A DNA stretch of 64,000 bases, from positions 1,120,001 through 1,184,000 of the forward strand of contig OY970166.1 in NCBI GenBank assembly GCA_963706595.1. Reading direction: 5' to 3'. Origin of the DNA: an uncultured cyanobacterium. Lineage in GTDB: Bacteria > Cyanobacteriota > Cyanobacteriia > Cyanobacteriales > Nostocaceae. A program made the position numbers and the translations under genes. The notes under the pieces are model-generated. The model saw nothing but the letters and a program-made list of their open reading frames with translations. It ran no database searches and was not told where the DNA came from. Positions 61,118 to 64,000 of the stretch are shown here, piece after piece (position 1 is the stretch's first letter; the number at the start of each line of letters is the position of its first letter).

Positions 61118-61453
61118 TTAGTATCTGCTGGTGCTGGGCTTGTGAACAATAAAGCTAAGAACTTGACACTGCTTGATGTTGTCAAAACCCACAACGCGGA
61201 TAAAGCAGTTGCTGTATTGAGAACGGCAAGATTGAACTTCGCTCAATACTTCTTGAGTGGACTTAGCGCCGAACAAAGGCAACTTCCACATTGTCCAGTA
61301 AAATTCTTTTGGTTCAGCAATTTCGTTAAACTCAATAGCTGGAATGTAACCTTGAGTCAAGATGTACTGAACCTGCTTGGCAATTTGAGCATCAGAAAGA
61401 GGTGGAAGGTAAGAAAGGGTTTCGTAACGACGCTCTTTTGGTAAAGTTTGCAT
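61118..61453 (-). CDS. rbcS: Rubisco small subunit
   Basis: [37 protein letters not shown]. Confidence 0.99.
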   Translation of the reverse strand: MQTLPKERRYETLSYLPPLSDAQIAKQVQYILTQGYIPAIEFNEIAEPKEFYWTMWKLPLFGAKSTQEVLSEVQSCRSQYSNCFIRVVGFDNIKQCQVLSFIVHKPSTSRY

Positions 61454-61489
61454 AGCTTTTGATAATGGGTTGCGATTGATATTAGATTG

Positions 61490-61531
61490 CAGTTATCAGT
61501 TAACAGTTATCAGTTATCAGTTATCAGTTAA
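61490..61531. repeat. Heptamer tandem repeat CAGTTA(T/A) in the rbcX-rbcS spacer
   Basis: About six tandem units. Confidence 0.85.
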
Positions 61532-61544
61532 CAATGACTACTGT

Positions 61545-61943
61545 TTACTGTTCACCGTAAGGATCTGAACTTGTCTGCTGTTCCGGTTGTGGACTGGGGT
61601 TAAATGTATCTATTCGTGTCATGCGTTCTAGATGCTGGCGACGTTGTTCCATATTGGCTTGCTGAAAGCCAGTGCGAACCATTTCGGGAAGAAAGTCGGC
61701 GACTTCCTCCGCTATGTGTTCTCTGACAGTCATAATCCGTAATGCCAAATCTGGCTTTTCGAGAAACAGTTGCTGAATATACGCTTCTCCGTCCTGGATT
61801 TTGCCAGCAGAAAAGTTATGTAGCCAAAGTTCCAACGGTGGATTCGTTTCGCCTAACTGTGCCAATACTGTTTTCAGCGCCTGATAAGTCAGGTAGCTTT
61901 GCAAAGTCTTGGCTGTATCCTTGGCAATTTGCTTAAGATTCAT
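61545..61943 (-). CDS. rbcX: Rubisco assembly chaperone RbcX
   Basis: IAKDTAKTLQSYLTYQA, LALRIMTVREHIA; lies between rbcL and rbcS. Confidence 0.98.
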   Translation of the reverse strand: MNLKQIAKDTAKTLQSYLTYQALKTVLAQLGETNPPLELWLHNFSAGKIQDGEAYIQQLFLEKPDLALRIMTVREHIAEEVADFLPEMVRTGFQQANMEQRRQHLERMTRIDTFNPSPQPEQQTSSDPYGEQ

Positions 61944-62044
61944 GTTTGTCCCCAGCCCATAAAAAGTAAAAAGCTAAAGTAAAAAGTAAAAAGAAAGAAT
62001 ATTATTTTCTTTTACTCTTTAACTTTTTACTAGTTACTTGAGGA

Positions 62045-63475
62045 TCAGACAGTATCCATGGCCTCGAACTCGAACTTGATTTCTTTCCACAGTTCGCAAG
62101 CCACAGCTAGTTCAGGACTCCACTTAGCAGCTTCACGGATAACGTCGTTACCTTCACGAGCCAAGTTGCGGCCTTCGTTACGAGCTTGGATACAAGCTTC
62201 CAAAGCTACACGGTTAGCGGTTGCACCAGGTGCGTTACCCCAGGGGTGTCCAAGAGTACCACCACCAAATTGTAGTACGGAGTCATCACCGAAGATTTCT
62301 ACAAGTGCGGGCATGTGCCATACGTGGATACCACCGGAAGCAACTGCCATTACGCCAGGTAAAGAAGCCCAGTCTTGGGTAAAGTAAATACCGCGAGACT
62401 TATCTTGCTCAATATAGTTTTCACGCAACAGGTCAACAAAGCCCATTGTGATCCCACGTTCGCCTTCTAACTTACCAACTACAGTACCTGTGTGGATGTG
62501 GTCTCCACCAGACAAGCGTAGGGCTTTAGCCAATACACGGAAGTGGATACCGTGGTTCTTTTGACGGTCGATAACTGCGTGCATAGCACGGTGAATGTGC
62601 AGCAAGATACCGTTAGCGCGACACCAATGTGACAATGTGGTGTTAGCGGTGAAACCTGCTGTCAGGTAGTCGTGCATGATGATAGGCTGTTTGAGTTCTT
62701 TAGCAAACTCAGCCCGTTCCAACATTTGTTCACAGGTGGGGGCGGTGACATTCAGGTAGTGACCTTTGATTTCACCGGTTTCAGCTTGGGCTTTGGTGAT
62801 AGCTTCAGAAACGAACAAGAAGCGATCGCGCCATCTTTGGAATGGTGCTGAGTTGATGTTTTCGTCGTCTTTGGTGAAGTCCAAACCACCGCGCAAGCAT
62901 TCGTATACAGCACGTCCGTAGTTCTTAGCGGACAAACCTAATTTGGGCTTAATGGTACAACCCAGCAAAGGACGACCGTATTTGTTTAATTTGTCACGCT
63001 CAACTTGGATACCGTGGGGAGGACCTTGGAAGGTCTTGATGTAAGCTACAGGAAAGCGGATGTCTTCCAAACGCAATGCGCGCAAGGCTTTAAAACCAAA
63101 TACGTTTCCTACGATAGAGGTCAATACGTTGGTTACAGAACCTTCCTCGAACAAATCTAGAGGATAGGCAACGTAGCAGATGTACTGGTTATCTTCGCCG
63201 GGAACTGGTTCGATATCGTAGCAACGACCTTTGTAGCGGTCGAGGTCGGTGAGCAAGTCTGTCCATACAGTTGTCCAAGTACCGGTGGAGGACTCAGCCG
63301 CCACAGCAGCACCAGCTTCTTCGGGAGGAACTCCAGGTTGGGGAGTCATCCGGAATGCTGCAAGAAGGTCTGTATCTTTAGGTGTGTAGTCTGGGGTGTA
63401 ATAAGTTAGTCTGTAATCTTTAACACCGGCTTGATACCCTGATTTGCTCTGGGTCTTGGTTTGAGCGTAAGACAT
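62045..63475 (-). CDS. rbcL: Rubisco large subunit (form IB)
   Basis: [40 protein letters not shown]. Confidence 0.99.
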   Translation of the reverse strand: MSYAQTKTQSKSGYQAGVKDYRLTYYTPDYTPKDTDLLAAFRMTPQPGVPPEEAGAAVAAESSTGTWTTVWTDLLTDLDRYKGRCYDIEPVPGEDNQYICYVAYPLDLFEEGSVTNVLTSIVGNVFGFKALRALRLEDIRFPVAYIKTFQGPPHGIQVERDKLNKYGRPLLGCTIKPKLGLSAKNYGRAVYECLRGGLDFTKDDENINSAPFQRWRDRFLFVSEAITKAQAETGEIKGHYLNVTAPTCEQMLERAEFAKELKQPIIMHDYLTAGFTANTTLSHWCRANGILLHIHRAMHAVIDRQKNHGIHFRVLAKALRLSGGDHIHTGTVVGKLEGERGITMGFVDLLRENYIEQDKSRGIYFTQDWASLPGVMAVASGGIHVWHMPALVEIFGDDSVLQFGGGTLGHPWGNAPGATANRVALEACIQARNEGRNLAREGNDVIREAAKWSPELAVACELWKEIKFEFEAMDTV

Positions 63476-63979
63476 AAATTCCCTTCCAAGAAGTCACTCT
63501 TTAATTACTTCATCAAATCACGTTCTGTGCAACTTTCTCTCACTCCCGCTTTTTACCCTCACTAATTGGGGGAAAAATTAGGAAAATTTTTGTGTTAGAG
63601 GTTGGCTTTAGTGGGTAGATTTTCTAGCAACGAACATTTAGTAACATTTATTAACAAATGTTCTCCCCAAATTGGGGTGCGTGAACTTCGCACTTGGAGC
63701 TTTTTCCTCATCCCGTGAATAAAAATTCTTTTTTATCTCTTTCTCTTGCCCCGCTAAATTTGTGTATTTCCTGCAAAAACTCCATGTTTTGCGGGAAGTA
63801 TTAAATTATTCCCCTACATATCGGGGTTTTTAAGGAATTGGGCTGGTTGATACCCATTCCCTGCGACACACTCCTAATATGTCCCCTAATAATGGGAAAC
63901 AGACCAAGAGAGAATTTGCTTGACATAAACTCAGCAGAGTGATAAGTGAAAGAAAAAGAAATTGCACACCACGTAATTT

Positions 63980-63993
63980 GTAGCTTGTCTCAC
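63980..63993 (-). promoter_or_regulatory. Possible NtcA-type site about 500 bp upstream of rbcL
   Basis: GTAGCTTGTCTCAC is GTA-N8-CAC, one mismatch to GTA-N8-TAC; NtcA binding at the rbcL promoter is known in Anabaena. Confidence 0.4.
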
Positions 63994-64000
63994 AATATAT

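Noticed and set aside
62058..62387. Plus-strand 109-aa ORF and other short antisense ORFs over long genes
   Set aside because: Antisense to rbcL and other well-supported genes; typical shadow frames.

Overview
64-kb chromosomal window from a heterocyst-forming cyanobacterium (Nostocales-type; inferred from many HIP1 GCGATCGC octamers, heptamer STRR-like tandem repeats, and the rbcL-rbcX-rbcS operon followed by rca). In order it contains: two divergent CPA1 Na+/H+ antiporters; an AT-rich accessory block (unknown secreted protein, then a Trypco1-type small protein overlapping a trypsin-like protease/STAND NTPase/WD40 protein, a candidate NLR-like conflict or defence system); an AI-2E transporter; a CAP protein; an LLM oxidoreductase plus glucosidase pair; a four-gene phosphorelay with a DXCF cyanobacteriochrome kinase; a copper/metal cluster (copM-like, RND adaptor and pump, Uma2, two-component system) with a divergent HtrA; Mn-SOD; pfk divergent from hoxEFUYHW plus an acyl-CoA synthetase/GNAT fusion; an EgtD-like methyltransferase; mgtE; a frameshifted APC permease; glucose dehydrogenase; rca; a VapBC-type toxin-antitoxin pair; and rbcLXS. 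Intergenic DNA is packed with nested miniature repeats, and 21-24 nt elements have inserted in-frame into hoxH, hoxW and the acyl-CoA synthetase gene. Three apparent single-base frameshifts may be real or assembly errors. No CRISPR array, rRNA, tRNA or transposase gene was recognised. All calls are by eye; no database searches were run.
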